From: Epiperipatus broadwayi
Lineage: Eukaryota > Animalia > Onychophora
Assembly: GCA_028023455.1 (NCBI GenBank)
Contig: JAQFVV010000003.1
Location: 4,464,001-4,528,000 of the forward strand
Direction: 5' to 3'
DNA length: 64,000 nucleotides
A model generated the notes under the pieces. That model made no database searches. It had not been told where the DNA came from and saw only the letters and a list, made by a program, of their open reading frames with translations. The position numbers and the translations under genes were made by a program. This document shows, piece by piece, positions 38,379 through 52,437 of the stretch (its first letter is position 1; each line of letters opens with the position of its first letter).

Positions 38379-41300
38379 TTAAAGCATTTTGTTAAGTATT
38401 TAAATATTGATTTAGTCAATTGCATTGAATCAATTGTCTTCAAAGAGAGTTTTATGGTTAATTAATTTTCATTGAAGCAGGAGAAAAGATAATGTAATTA
38501 TGCAGTGTTCATTTTATTTACGAAGTAGGTATAATATGCACTTATATTGTCTCTACTAATTATAAAAAATGAGGCATTACCATCCAATTCACACAATATC
38601 TAAATACTATGGTGAACAAAATGGAATCCCTGAAGTTTTATATGTAATACAATTTATTTAACTTTGTTATGTAGCAGTAAATTAAAAATCAAGAAATAAA
38701 CTTGAGCACAAATATAAATCCATTCTGCTATTATTCATTAAGTCATATTGAAGGTTAGGGATCCATTTATGCTCAATATGATAATATAGCAATAAAATGC
38801 ATGGCAAAACCTAAGTGTACATTTTGCCCTTATTTTCCAAAAATCTGACAAAATGTCTACTAATGCTTATTCAAATTTATGTATTAATCTGTGCTAATTT
38901 TTAATGAATCTGAATCACACATAAATGATAGCTATGTGATTAATACTTTTTACAATTTATATTCAGTAAAAGATGATTACTTTTTTGAATTTCAAATAAC
39001 AGAAGATCACACACACACACAAATAAGATTTGAGAACAAAATTAGTTTTAAAAAAAAACAGGGGAATTATTAGACATATTCACAAAACAAGCAAATCAGA
39101 TTTTATAATAATAAAAAAATCTGAAAGGCAGGAAAACATAATCGATACAGTTCAACATAAAGTAGCCCCAATGATTAAACAGATAAATTGCAACAATTAT
39201 TTTTTTAACTATTTCAAACTCACAGTAAATTCAGATACTGAAATATCAAAATGTAAGACAAATATTCTAATACTATCTGAGTTTACCAGTATGATAAATT
39301 TATGCTGCAATGTTTAAATATCTATAAAATTGATCCAAATATTCCAATTAGTTTTTCATTTGACAAAAAAGATTTTTTTAGAATAAAATATTTAGATATT
39401 TAACCATATAAATGAAACATATTTGATTTTGGTACAGGTCTTATTACCTAAGCTGCAATGGATTATTTGATAGATCACTGACTCACTTCTATTAAAAATA
39501 GAAAAGTTTATATATATATAATAACCAGTTGGCTACATAGCTGTATTAAAAATATTTACATATTTGGTAGCATGTTCCTCAGGTTTAGTTTAAGGTTATT
39601 TAATTAATGGGGAAAATAATATTTAATTTTCTTATGCATATATTTTTATAATAATGTTGGGTCTGAAATTAGTTAAAATATGTTATTCCCCCTCCCCACA
39701 TAATAGTAAGAACATTCTAGACAATTTCTTAAAAAATAATTGTCAAACCTTTTTTTAAAATTACAATCTGCATATTTTAATATGTATTGTAAATGTAGGT
39801 AGAAAAGAGAGAAGAATATAAAATCATATACATAATTTCCTTTGTTGTATCTCTCCAATAATTTTATTTAGTTACCAGTTGCTTTAAAAAAAGTACCAAA
39901 AGGTTAAAAAAGAAAACTTTCACTTTTTAGTAAATGGTTTAATTTCTAATTTTAACCTTTTAAGAAAGACAAGTTTCATGTTTAAGTATATTTTAAAAAA
40001 ATAAAATAAAATTTTAATACTTTTGGGAAATTTTAATTTTAGTTAATGTTTTTTTCTTTTTAATCTCTCTTCATTACAAAAACTCAAATCAGTGTAATTA
40101 ACTGTTTATCTTGTTTTTCTTTTTGCAAGAAATTTTTTTTAATTAGAAAGAAGTTCCAATAATTTTATGGTGTTAATTTAAGTTCTTGACTTGTTTTTCA
40201 ATGACTATGATTAAGGAGAAAAGTGGCTGATCAATTGTATGTGTAAAAATTTACCTAATTGGTTATAAAAAATATCAGGTTAGAGACAGATTGTTATTGG
40301 TTTGTAGGCAAGATTGTTCTAGAAAAAATAATGGGGGTATGAATGTCAAAGGATCAAAGTGTCTCTTTAGAATAATTATTTCTAGCCTAGCTATTGATGA
40401 GAAAGCAGTCAAATGTTAATCCTGCTGTTGAAAAAAGGTAGTAGAAGAAATTATTTCTAATTTAACTGCTAAAGAGAGAGATCAAATCTTAATACAGCTG
40501 ATAAAGAAGAAAAAAAGGCTTTACCAAGCTACTGCAAAAAATAGCAGAAGTTTTAATTAAGCTTTTAACATATTGAGTTTAATCATAAAATGTTTGTACA
40601 ATGCAAACTATATGCTAGATTCAACTAAAAGCTATACATCATCTGCCTTTACTGAAATAAAATGTAGAGAAGTTACCTCTAAAGTAATTTAAAACCTTGT
40701 CTGCAACCAAGATCATAAGTCTCTCTGTGTGTAGTCTCATCTGGAAAATTTATTAAGAGAAAATTGATAAAATATTGCTGTTGTTTAACCTGGAAATGAA
40801 ATATTGCATACCAGAAAAAGATCAAATTAATCATGTTTATGCATAGAAGCCTCAAGAAAAAAAACTCAATTGGAAAATCTGGAAATTATAATTGGGAAGG
40901 ACTCTATAGAGAAAGAATAAAACCATAGTTAAAGGTATTGTGTGCACACTGTATTTTTATTATTAGAAAAAGTGGTTTTTTTAATATAAAGTATTTTTTT
41001 GTAAGAATGAATCTTTTTAAATATTTTCATTTAGTTAATGTTTTCAAAATGTGAAATTTATTTTTTTAAAAATCCAATCTTTTTTTTTTCAAAATTATAA
41101 AATAGTTTTTAGACCTTTTAATTAATTTTACATTTAATTTTTTGAAACATGTTTTTCACTGTTCATTCATTTTCCCTCCTAAAAATTTAACAAACAGTTA
41201 ATAAAACTAAATCTAAGATTGTTATCTTTGATTTTGAAAATATTGTTTTTCCAATTTATAGTTATTTTAAAGAAAATAATTTAATTATAAAAGTCTAAAT

Positions 41301-41638
41301 AGTTTTTTTCTATTATTAGTAATTTGAAATAAAAGTACAAGTAATTAATCAGAAGGGGAGGAAAATTAACTCAACAATTTTAGAAAGTAAATAAAAGGTA
41401 AAAGTTACCACCTTTTAAAAATAAATCTCTCTTCATTTAAAATCTTAAAAAAAAGAAAGTTGAAACTAAAAGCTTAAAATATAAATCTTTTACATAAAAG
41501 AAAAATATATCTCTTTGCATTTAATTGAAAGAAAAAAGGTGTTTTCCCATAATTTAAAGAAATGCAAATATATATGTGTGTGTGTTAATCGCAAATGATA
41601 TATTAAAATGAAATAAGAAAGTTAAACAAACAACAAAT

Positions 41639-42187
41639 TTGCAATGGCTACTAAGTTAAACAAAATCCACAAATAAGTTTGCAATGGCCACTAATTAAAA
41701 GACCAACAGGATTAAAAGCTTATCTAAGGAATTTCAACAACAAATATATCTGATGGACATCAAAATGACAACAGATTATCTTAATAAATAGTCCAGTTTT
41801 TTCATCGAACAATCAGTTCAGATTACAATGAGTTGAGATTACAGTTGAGATCACAATCAGATCAGTGCAGTTCAGTCAATCAATCAGTCTATTATGTATC
41901 CAGAATTAATCAAGCATTGTTAATCATCATTGGAAATGTATGACTTTGCTCCAGCCTGAGTCTGATGAAACAGCTAACCCGCCAGAAAAAAAATAATGCC
42001 TGCCTAACAACTTGAAAATCTGCTGTCAATATCTAATTGTCTTAAAGAAAAATGCCTTGGAATGCTAAGCATTAAATCTCCTCAAGAAAAACCTCACATC
42101 CAACAGGTTGGAAAGATGTTCAATTGAAGTAACAACCAGCAAGAAGTCCATGTTTAAATCCATTTCTAATTAAAGTAGCCATTGCAA
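41639..42187. repeat. Segment bounded by 14-bp inverted repeats
   Basis: TTGCAATGGCTACT at 41639 (a second copy near 41678) and AGTAGCCATTGCAA ending at 42187. No TSD found. Confidence 0.4.
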
Positions 42188-43369
42188 TAATTTGAAGTCT
42201 CCCAGAGTCAATTAATAAATGAACTCTATAGCATGCATAAAGAACCATTGATGTGCATGTTTGTGAAATGTCGTGTATGTGAATACTCTTTGTTATATTA
42301 TATTGATTTCATGTATTTATTTAAATGCCATATATTATTTAATGCTTATGTTATATTCTAGTTTATTATATAAATTCAGAGTGTGTGGATAGTCAATATA
42401 TGTAATTATCATTGTCTAAATGAATTAAGTTCTTATAAAAGTATTTAAAATCAGAATAATAAATATTTAATTAAAATAAAATATCTTAAGCTTAATTTTG
42501 TTGGACAATTCTTGTCCACTAGTTAAAGCAATAATTTGTTATTGTATTACAATTGAGTGAGCTAGTCATGGGATATCTTAGGTGCCGAATTAGTTGCCAT
42601 TGTTCAAAGCATGTTAATTGCTTTGGTAATTGACTGGCACCTGGAGTTTACTCTGAAACAAAAAAGTGCTTTGAATGATAAGTGTTTAAATTCGATAGCC
42701 GAGAAGATTTCCTGGAAATATAGTCATATTTATATACTACATATATATATATTTCTGGTTTGGATACAGGTACTCTTTGAGTACTCTTCTCTGCCGATAC
42801 ATAGATTGCATGGTATAGAATAAATAAAATATAATTGTATCATATATTGTATAAAAGTCTTATAATTTTGCCTTCATCAAGTCACTGTATTAAAGAGTTA
42901 AAACGATATAGAAATGTTTACTCCCATATGTGATTATGAAAATACACCACCCAGTTCAATATATATATATTGTAATCTTTTGATTGGTTAACTGTATTGA
43001 AAGTAGGATATAAAATATATATTATAACCAAAATTTCAAATTTAAAGAATATATAATTGATAATATGCACAAATGTTTTAATGTATAGTATTTAAAGATA
43101 GAATTCTGTGGAGATGGTTAACACATCTTTTCTTTATTATTATTGATAGTATAAACAGTCATATATAATTCCATTACATAGTCTTTAATCAGTACAAGTA
43201 TATTTACATTGTGCCTATATAAATTTATAAGATGTATTAAAAGTTACAAAAGTGATAAATCTCAATTTATTTAAATTGAAGTTGTCTTTTAAAAGATGAA
43301 TATATGATTATGGGTGCAGAATTCTAATAAATAAAAATGATTTATTGTAAGATAATTTGTTTTAAAATA

Positions 43370-43485
43370 ATAATAATAATAATAGTAATAATAGTAGTAA
43401 TACTACTACCACCAACACAATCACCACTGCTGCTGCCACCACCAGTAGCAGTGCCACTGCCACCACCACTACTACTATTACTACA
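43370..43485. repeat. Mixed trinucleotide low-complexity tract (AAT/ACT/ACC)
   Basis: Direct reading. Confidence 0.85.
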
Positions 43486-43949
43486 TTTTAGATATAAATA
43501 TTGTTATTAAATGTCTTATTTAAAATCAATTAATATTACATGCTATTAAAAGTATAGTTTTCTTTTTAAAGTTAGTCAATTTAATTTAGTTTTTAAATAT
43601 TTATTAATCTTTAATTATTTTCAAATGTAGACAGAATGATAATTGTGTAAAATATTTGCTGGTTGATTTTTAGTTATTGACCAATAAAAGTTAATTAATT
43701 TGCTATCTGATGGCATACTGTCCACGGTACATAAGGTAAATAGCAAACAAACTAAATGAGAAATTCATTAAAAGTAAAAGTAAATATCTGTTTCATTAAA
43801 TTTTGTAAAAAATTATAAAAATGTTAGCATATTTTATTTTTGAGCTAATAAAAGTAATTAAATAAACTGAATAAGGGTATAATATGTTTTAAGAGTGATA
43901 TTTAAAATAATGGTGTGAAACAAACCAAGTTTCTTTATCAATGACTTAA

Positions 43950-44900
43950 TTGCAGTCTTGGATGTCAAATCATAATTATAATGACAACGAATGGAATTTT
44001 AAAGGAACAGTTAAATTTATTATTATTTGGGAAAATCATGGAAAAGCAATATAAACTAGTTACCTAAAAGGGGCAGCTGTTGTCACATAAGACAATATTT
44101 GCTTATTTCTACAAGATTAATTAGTTGATGATGATGATTGTTTTACTTTAATATGTAGAGTTAATTAAACATTTTCTACCAGTATTAAAAATAAATATGT
44201 ACTCATTAGCTTTTGCAGATAATGTACTTATCTCATGCTAAATCAATAATCTTCAATTACTGAACAAGTAATTAATCATTTCTCAACTGTATCCAGAACC
44301 ACATGACTCTCATTTTGATGGTTCTATCATAAAGTAAATAAAGTGACCTATTGCAAAAATTCTAATTAGATTTCAGATTTCGTTGATAAATCCTGAGCTT
44401 GGAAAGTATCTACTAAAAAAGTATTGCCTTTACTTTTCTCAAAATTCTTTCATAATGTTTAGACGTTCATCTAGATATATCCTATACCAAAATTAAGAAA
44501 ACTTTTAACAGTGTAATTATGGAAAAAATTAACTCATTGTTAAGCTCTTATAATAAGTAACATTACTTTTACAAGCTGTGGCGATATTACTAATTCAATA
44601 ATGAAAGAAATAAACAACGCACTGGCAAAGACAGTACTATCAGGCTTCTGAATTTTAGGCTATTAAGATCATATATAATTTTCAATGATCATCCAATTTT
44701 GACAGGCAATGTCTTCCAAATTATTTATGAGGACTAATAGTTTTAATTTTAACAGTATACAAACCTAAAATAAGCATCAAACATTCGTATCTATTTCAAT
44801 GGACTCTTATACATTCAGTGTTGCTCTTAATAATTTAAATGCAGTTGACTGCAACAAAAAAATACAAATTTCAAAAATAATTCCTCAATCTGTGCTTGTT
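43950..44900 (+). mobile_element. Decayed non-LTR RT fragment
   Basis: LAFADNVLI near 44205 matches the LAFADDxxL catalytic motif. The flanks are too decayed to classify. Confidence 0.4.
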
Positions 44901-46599
44901 TTATAGACCATGACATTTTAAATTCCAACCATCAATAAAGATATTAAATGTATATATTTTTTAATCTAACTTAAATCCGTGGATGACACTATCTTGGATT
45001 ACTGTCCTATCTTCATTAATTTACATCTTGTGTTGTTTCTTTCAAAACAGAATCTTTTTGCTATATTGTCATTAGCTTTTGCATTTTGTTCTAAATCTTT
45101 TTTTTTTTCTGAGTCTGTTTAATATCTTACTTTTGCCACACTCATTAAACCTATTATTTTGAAATTTCCTTGTATGTGACATTTTTAGTTATTAAAATTA
45201 TCCTAAAGTTTTAAATACAACTTCAATTAATATTTATGGCTTAAATATTTTTACTCGATTTTTACACTGAAGAGAGCTCATGGATAAATCACCACACACT
45301 ATGCAAACTGCAATTCGCTGACATCTTATTAAGTCTACAAAGAATGCAATGTTATAGGGATCATACTCTTCAATTTTATGAATCCTATATTTTGTTTGTT
45401 ATTTCACATAAATCTGTTTGATGTTTTATTGCTTACACACATTAATTTTAGTAAATTTATTTTTTACCAAAGATAGTAAAACTTGAATGGTTTATAAATT
45501 TATTTAGATCTTTATATTACAAATAATACATGTATGTGTATACATAAATTGTATTATAAACTTCCTTTAAATTTGAACTGAATAGATATTTTATATATTT
45601 AAAGGAGCATTTGATTTGCTCTCCCTCAAGTAATTTAAAAATATTTATTGTGAAAGAAACTCTTGATAAACAGATCAAAATCTCTATAAACTGCAGCATA
45701 TGGTTTTTAGTTAAAATATGAATTTTAGAAATAGAATAATTGTAATAAGAGAAACACAGTACAGAAATAAGTTCAGAACAACAGACCAGAAATATTCTTT
45801 CGGCTAAAGGTATTGTAAAAATGAATGGATAGAAATGAATCATCTTTGAATTATTGTTTGCGCATAACAGCACGCAAATTTCTTCACAACAATCTGGGCA
45901 AATTCATTCCGCGATGCTATCAACCTTTTTAAAATAACACGTTTGTGAAATAGTAATTGCAAGATCTATAAACTGAAATATAATTTGTATTAGTTTAATA
46001 TTATTTGAAAGTATAAAAAAAGGTTTTACAAACAATCGATCACCTTTTAAAACAACACATTTTTTAAAGAAATATTGGCAGACCAATTTTTAGCAGTTTT
46101 GAAAAAAAGATTGCAGTAAAAAAGGAGTTGTAAAAATTACCTTTTTAAAAAAAGAAAAAACATTTTTAGAAAAAAAAAAAGAGATCAATTTTTAAAAGCA
46201 AATAATTTAAAAATACATCGATTTATCAGAGAGTGAAATACAATGTAACAGTATTATGTTTGAAAGTAGATTTAAATAGTTGTGGTTTGTAGATTAATCA
46301 TACCTTCATATTATATGCTATTGATCTTTTAAGATTATTATAAAACAACACTAGCAACCAGTATCAATATTGCTTCTAAACAGCGCAGTGGGCTAGATTG
46401 CTGGTAGTTTCTGGTAGCAGATGATGTAAGCTATAGATGTTTATGTATGGCTATCAGTGCCACCAAGGGGGCAGTAGTGCTGGCAGCTACTTGGCATAAA
46501 GTTTCTGTGATGTATTGTGGCTTCTCCTTAAACGAAGTCAAGAATATCTCAGCAATTATGCCCAGATAAACCTGTTAGCCACTTTATTTTCCATTCCCC

Positions 46600-46900
46600 A
46601 CTCTAAATTTTTCCATATTTTGCTATATCCCATTTCCACAACATAATCTTTGTCAACTCTATAACCTTTATATCTAAATCCCCTTTATCTTTTCCCAAAC
46701 CCAGCATAAAAACCAATAATTCACTTTCTGTATAATCACTTTTTTCATATTTATTCTTCCATAACTTCATTATATGTACCCTTTCTGTTTTCAAGCATTT
46801 ACATTCAATTAACATATGCCTAATATTTTCTATTCCTTTCTTACATAATTTACAAAATAAGTCATTCACTTTTTTCTATTTACATGTATATTCTCTTGTA
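46600..46900 (-). mobile_element. LINE ORF2 C-terminal CCHC zinc finger fragment
   Basis: FCKLCKKGIENIRHMLIEC...LWK matches the C-x2-C...E...H....C zf-RVT pattern. Confidence 0.7.
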
Positions 46901-47039
46901 GCTAAAGATCCCATTTGAGCCTTAAATTAATAATAAACTACTTTCCACACTATTATCATATATTAACTCACACCTAATATTCTGTTTATTTCGATATATA
47001 TTTAAACTCTTTTTACCTAGCGGCTGGAACTTGCATCAC

Positions 47040-48644
47040 TGCTTTTGGCCCCCTACTCTGAATATTTCTGTGGTTGACACATCAAACAGCACCTCTTGTG
47101 GCCACATGGGGCATAAGTTGAAAGTACCCAAAACTGTTAATAAAATCAAATCAAAAAGCTTGTTACATGGTCAATCTTGGGATTTGCTAAAGGAATGCAA
47201 GAGTGAACATAGTGAATTATTATACATACTGATGTAAGAAAAGTTGAGCAAAATTTTTAATCAGATTTAGAAAACTTCTACCACAAATATCATTTTTGGA
47301 AACTAAAGGTGATTCACATCCACAACTGAATGACAAAGAATGGCTTCTTGATCTCACATTTTTCTGTGATATTACAGAGAAAGTAAACTTAAATGTAGTA
47401 CTAAAAGAAAAAGATGAAACAATAATAGTTATAATAAGCACTTTGAAGTCATTCAAAGAAAAAATAAATATGCTTGTAATACAGCTGAAGTATCATGAAT
47501 TAAAACATTTCAAAAATATGGTTGACAAGTCTAAAGATAGAAAGAATCTAATCTACAACAAATATGTTGAAAATATAATATTCCTCACAAAGGAATTTGA
47601 ATAGAAGATTTATGGAATTTGACAAACCTGAAGATATTGCTAGTTTTTTGCCTTAGCCATTTAATGACATCAATATCAAAAATATCACTATGAAATTAAA
47701 TGAATTTGTACATACAAATTCAGCGGGGCTTGAAGTAGGAATAGTAAATATTAAATGTGATATACATTTAAAATCAACGGTTTCAAATGAGAGCTTCTGG
47801 ACATTAATAAGCTGGGATAAATATCCAAACATGGGGAGAGTTGCTGCATATTTCAATGTATTTTTTGATTCAACATATTTGTGCGAATCAGCATTGTCAT
47901 GCATGAATGTAATAAAAATTAAACATAGGTCCCAATTAAGAATTAGTTTAAATTCATATGGGACAAATTTTGACAAACTTGCTGAAACTATGCAATACCA
48001 AGTGTCATTAAATCAAAAATTATTATTATTACTTTTACTTGGTAATTTTTTTTTGTAAAATTATTTTAATATAATTCTAAAACAATTTTCTTTTTTTTTT
48101 TTTCATGAATTTTTTTTTTTAAAATTCAGAACCAACTCTAGAAAATAATTATTTATAGGTAATTTAATAATTGTAATTTAATAAATATTTTATAAAGTGA
48201 CATGGACAAATTGTAATACTAGAGGGAGCTGAGGTAATTTAATAGTAATCATAGTGAAATGTCTTCACTGTTTTTTTTCTTTTTCCATATGTTAAAGCAT
48301 CGGTTGGGAAGTGAACCTGCAACAACTGTGTGCAAGCAACTGTTTGCTGCAAGGCAATTGCACTGACCTCTCGACTACCAATGCTTGACATGTCTCCAGT
48401 GTTTGTATCTTAATAGAAAAAATTCATCAGTTAGTATCTTGTAAAAATGTCACAAATATTTGTGAGTGCCTAAAAACCCTTATAAAAAAAAACCCAGGAC
48501 TTCAAACCATTATTTTTTCCCATTCTGGCAAAAAATATTTTTTTTTTGCTGGTTCTGGTTTGAAGCTCTAAAAAAACATAGTCGCCCTCAGGTACACTTT
48601 CATAAAAAAACTAGCCCCCAACATTTAAAAGTTTGCCGCCCCTG
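47040..48644 (+). mobile_element. Decayed hAT transposon of the Buster/Charlie (GTF2IRD2-like) group
   Basis: SELLY-HTDVR, EWLLDLTFFCDIT..N..L, and FDSTYLCESALSCMNVIK.KHRSQL dimerisation motifs. Right-TIR-like AAAGTTTGCCGCCCCTG at 48628-48644. Left end not established. Confidence 0.8.
48274..48389 (-). mobile_element. tRNA-derived short SINE, copy 1
   Basis: GTCAAGCATTGGTAGTCGAGAGG (A box)...GGTTCACTTCCC (B box)...GATGCTTTAACATATGG plus A tail. TSD ATGTCTTCACTGTTT / ATGTCTCCAGTGTTT (13 of 15 match). Confidence 0.8.
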
Positions 48645-49699
48645 GGTTTAAGATATCAAATCATTTTATTTATCACTTAATATATATTCTTTTTAATCCA
48701 AATAAAGCTTTCTCAACACTATTCATAGTTAGTTTTAAACATTTCTCTCAAACTGCCAGAGATTTCACATCTTTAGTATAAGTTTTTTCTTATTCTATTT
48801 TTCAATTTTTAATCAAATTTAAAATAGTATTTATACAATATTTATCCAATATACTTTATTATTCAATAACTTTTATGAATAAAATCTTGACATATAATAT
48901 TGTTTATTTAACTATTTTTCATAGCAGTTAGTTTAAAACTTTCCAACTTCAAGTATATTCAGTAATTATTTCATACAGTGGTTCATAGAAAATAATATTA
49001 GTCAATCTTTTTAATACTTTCATAGATATAATTCCATATTAACCATCCTTTAACTTAATAATATTAATTCATGAATAAGTTTGGTTAACTTTATTAATTC
49101 AATTTTTCATTTTTCAGTCAACATGCATTTGTTACTTATTACTATAACAAATTATCATTCCAGAAAACAGTTTTTCTTTTATCATCATTTAGTTCTTTAA
49201 GAATTTCCTCAAATATAAATGATAATTAATTTATTAAAAGTTTTGAGAATCATCTTATCTGAATAGGTTATAGCATATGAGTGCAATTATAGTTAGCACT
49301 AAGTTGTAAGTCTTTTTCTTCTTTTTATTAAAACTAGCCATCTAAACAATTCTTATTGAATAACAGGATACTTTAAAAATAATACCTGTAAGGTAGTAAG
49401 AGATTCATTCCAGATGTATCAATTGACATATTGCTGATAAATTATTTATCATCGGATCCAAACATTTTGATTAACTTAAGGATCAGACTTAAGTGCCTCA
49501 TAAAAAAAGAAAAATTAAGTAGACATTTTAGCGTTAAAAAAAAAAAAAAAACTTATTCAAATTTTACACTTCTTTGGATTTAGAGTTAAAGTTCGTCTGC
49601 AACTTTATATACTTTCCACTTCTCTATTACACTTTCAATACAGTCTACTAAATACAATTCTCACTTCAATTCTCAAATATGTGTATGCATGATCTTACA

Positions 49700-49805
49700 T
49701 AACTTCCTGTTGACAATCATTCTGATTGATAAGAAACATCATTTCCTGTTGATTTCTCTGCTCTTAACTCATGTCTGATTGGTCTTTTATTGTAGTCTGA
49801 CGCTA
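49700..49805. promoter_or_regulatory. Promoter-like motif cluster (ETS-like ACTTCCTGTT and ATTTCCTGTT, inverted CCAAT, TGACG)
   Basis: Motif matches only; no linked transcript identified. Confidence 0.25.
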
Positions 49806-50833
49806 ATTAATCATAAATGGCTAGATAGTCATGATATTTTGGTAATTTCCAAAATTTTAAATTATATGATTAAATAAAAAAATAAATATATATTAAAATG
49901 AAATTAATAATGAATATTAAATAAAGATTACTTAAACTAATTAAAATTTATGAATGGATAATATTAGTTTTCTTTAATTTTGACTAAAAAAAATTAGCCA
50001 AATAAAATGCTATCAAATGATATCAGACATTATACATAAAAAATAAATTTTTTCCAATAAATAACCTGTCTGCAAGTATACACACCCACACATTTAAAAA
50101 TCATTCTCTATTTTTTCCTATTGATTTTAAAGCTTTTTTTAATTAGCATAAACCTATTTATCTGTTTCTAGTTAAACTGATTTAGTTTACTTTCTGTTTC
50201 TAACCAAACAATTTTATTTAATAAATCGACCGATTAATTTTTATAATTGATTTTAAATCAAATGTTTTATTAAACTTACAATAGTTATTTCTTAAATTTT
50301 AACATATTATTTAGTTAGTGTTAGCTAATTACTTCACTAATCTCAACTTTAATATGATTAGCTATATTTAGATTTACTGATTAACACAGGCTTTAAACTA
50401 TGTTTAAATATTTTAGCAAAGCCCTAAATTAAATTATTATATTGTATATTCTTGACAGAAACATTTTAATCATTAGTTAATTAAAGTTATATAAACTGAG
50501 GTCAGTTATAGATATGTTTGATTTAATAAATATTTCTCAGAAAGAAAGACATTTTCTTTTTACTAGTTAATGGCACATCCACAATGAAATACCAATTCTC
50601 TTAGCCAAGCCAATGGTCACAATATATATATAAGTAAAAATCTTATGATCTAATAATAAATTACTCTAACTTCATCAATGTTTTATTTGGATATATATAA
50701 ATTTTTATCTATCTAATTTAATAGCATTGTTAAATTAGCTTTCCATAATGTGCATGCTTTAAAAAAATACATGTTAAATTCATCAAAATTTTTACTTTTC
50801 ATATAAAAACTATTCTAAAATCAATTGCATTTT

Positions 50834-50899
50834 TTTTTCTTTTTTCATGTGTCAAAGCATCTGACGGAAGCGAACCCTACTCGGCCATCAACGCTTGTC
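50834..50899 (-). mobile_element. tRNA-derived short SINE, copy 2 (internally deleted)
   Basis: GACAAGCGTTGATGGCCGAG...GGTTCGCTTCC...GATGCTTTGACACATG plus A tail. TSD TCAATTGCATTTT / TAAATTACATTTT (11 of 13 match). Confidence 0.75.
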
Positions 50900-51667
50900 T
50901 AAATTACATTTTGCAATATTTTATTTGTAAAATTATAATAATTATACCTATATAATATGTATGCAGACAAGCTTTGGATATTATTTAAGGGTGTCAAACA
51001 AAATGAGATATTTACAATTTTGTAAATAATAAAACTTAGTTGCTTTTTTAATTATTCGACTGTAAATTAAAATTTAAGAAATAACCTCACTGAAATCAGC
51101 ACTCTTTTCATTGTATATTGATTAATGCAATAAATGTCTTTCTGAGGGAAGGGGGATAAGACATATAGTAATATAGATAAATGTATAATTTGTATTAATA
51201 TAAACATAACTTTTAAAAATTTCCTCTTCATTTTTAATAACTCACAATTTGACTCTTATAGTTTAGTACAGTAAACAAAAACATCTCTTTTTCCGATTGT
51301 TGTGCCATCTGCTGATTGCTTGAGTAATCGGTAGTTGTAAAATAATAGTGCATTGTATTTTTCAGCCTGGTTTTTATCTTTATTAATTAATAATTTGTAT
51401 ATGAATTACTATGGATAGAGTATAGTATTTTCTGCTTAGTGAGATAAAACAGTTTAGTATTAAATAGTATTATTGTATAAGATTATTACTCTATATTCTT
51501 ATATATGTTTGATTATACAAACAATTCAATTTTTTAAATCACTATTTTTTCAAATAGTTTAAACAATCAATATCTTACTCTGTTTTACTTTTGTAGATTA
51601 CCTTGTTAAATCTTAGATGAATATAAAATAACTTCATTTTTGACTATATAGGTCATTTTTTTATTAG

Positions 51668-51758
51668 GAAAAATTTGATTGGAAGAAGTATGTTAGACCA
51701 GAAGAAATTGATATTTGGAGCGATGCATTATTAAAGCATCTAGCTGATAGACAAGAAG
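51668..51758 (+). CDS. Candidate exon of an unidentified host gene
   Basis: Acceptor cattttttttattag, reads EKFDWKKYVRPEEIDIWSDALLKHLADRQE. Donors at 51759 (gtaaca) or 51774 (gtaaga). Confidence 0.5.
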
Positions 51759-52393
51759 GTAACAGTTATTATGGTAAGAAATAGACATTTTTTAAAACAG
51801 ATAAATATATAAATTATAACAAGATTCAATAAAATTATTTAAAAAATGTAATGATTAAGATAAGTTCAACTGATATTGAAGTTATCTATTTAAATTATTA
51901 TAAGAAATAAAATTTTCTATTTTGATTAAATGTTTTTATTTAAGTTAGAAATTCTGTAGATAGTTTAGAAAAAAAAAATGTAATCAAAAATTAGAATACT
52001 TTTAACAAATTGATTTTCTTCAAATTTTGCATATGAGTCATAAATCGATGATAACACAATAAAATAATTGAAAATTCAGGGTGATTCTGCTCTCTTTTAA
52101 TTGCTGTAGAGATGATAATGGACTGAATTTCAAAAGTGTTGCTATTCAGTAAATTTTCAGTAATACACATTAAAGGGCAGTATATATTATATTATAACCA
52201 TTGCGTCTGAGTTAAAAGGCATTGCTTTTATGTAAATATTTTTTCTTGTTATATATTACAGAATATTAAAAGTCATGTATAAATAAATTTTAAAACATTT
52301 TGAAAATGATAATAATCATTGTTAAAATAAAATGTATTATTTTATTTTTTTAAAATAAAGAATATTATTTAAATAAAAAGAATGTTGCTATAG

Positions 52394-52437
52394 GAACCAA
52401 TGGAAGCCTTTTAAAATCATCTGTGCTCCTAGCAAAG
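52394..52437 (+). CDS. Candidate short exon
   Basis: gttgctatag acceptor and strong AAG|gtaaga donor. Two frames are open (GTNGSLLKSSVLLAK or NQWKPFKIICAPSK). Confidence 0.3.

Noticed and set aside
41955-41995. CTGATGA followed by GAAA
   Set aside because: No paired stems I or II.
45150-45400. Buster-type BED finger fragment (CIVCGDLSMSS) on the minus strand
   Set aside because: A single short motif without supporting downstream sequence; too weak to list as a feature.
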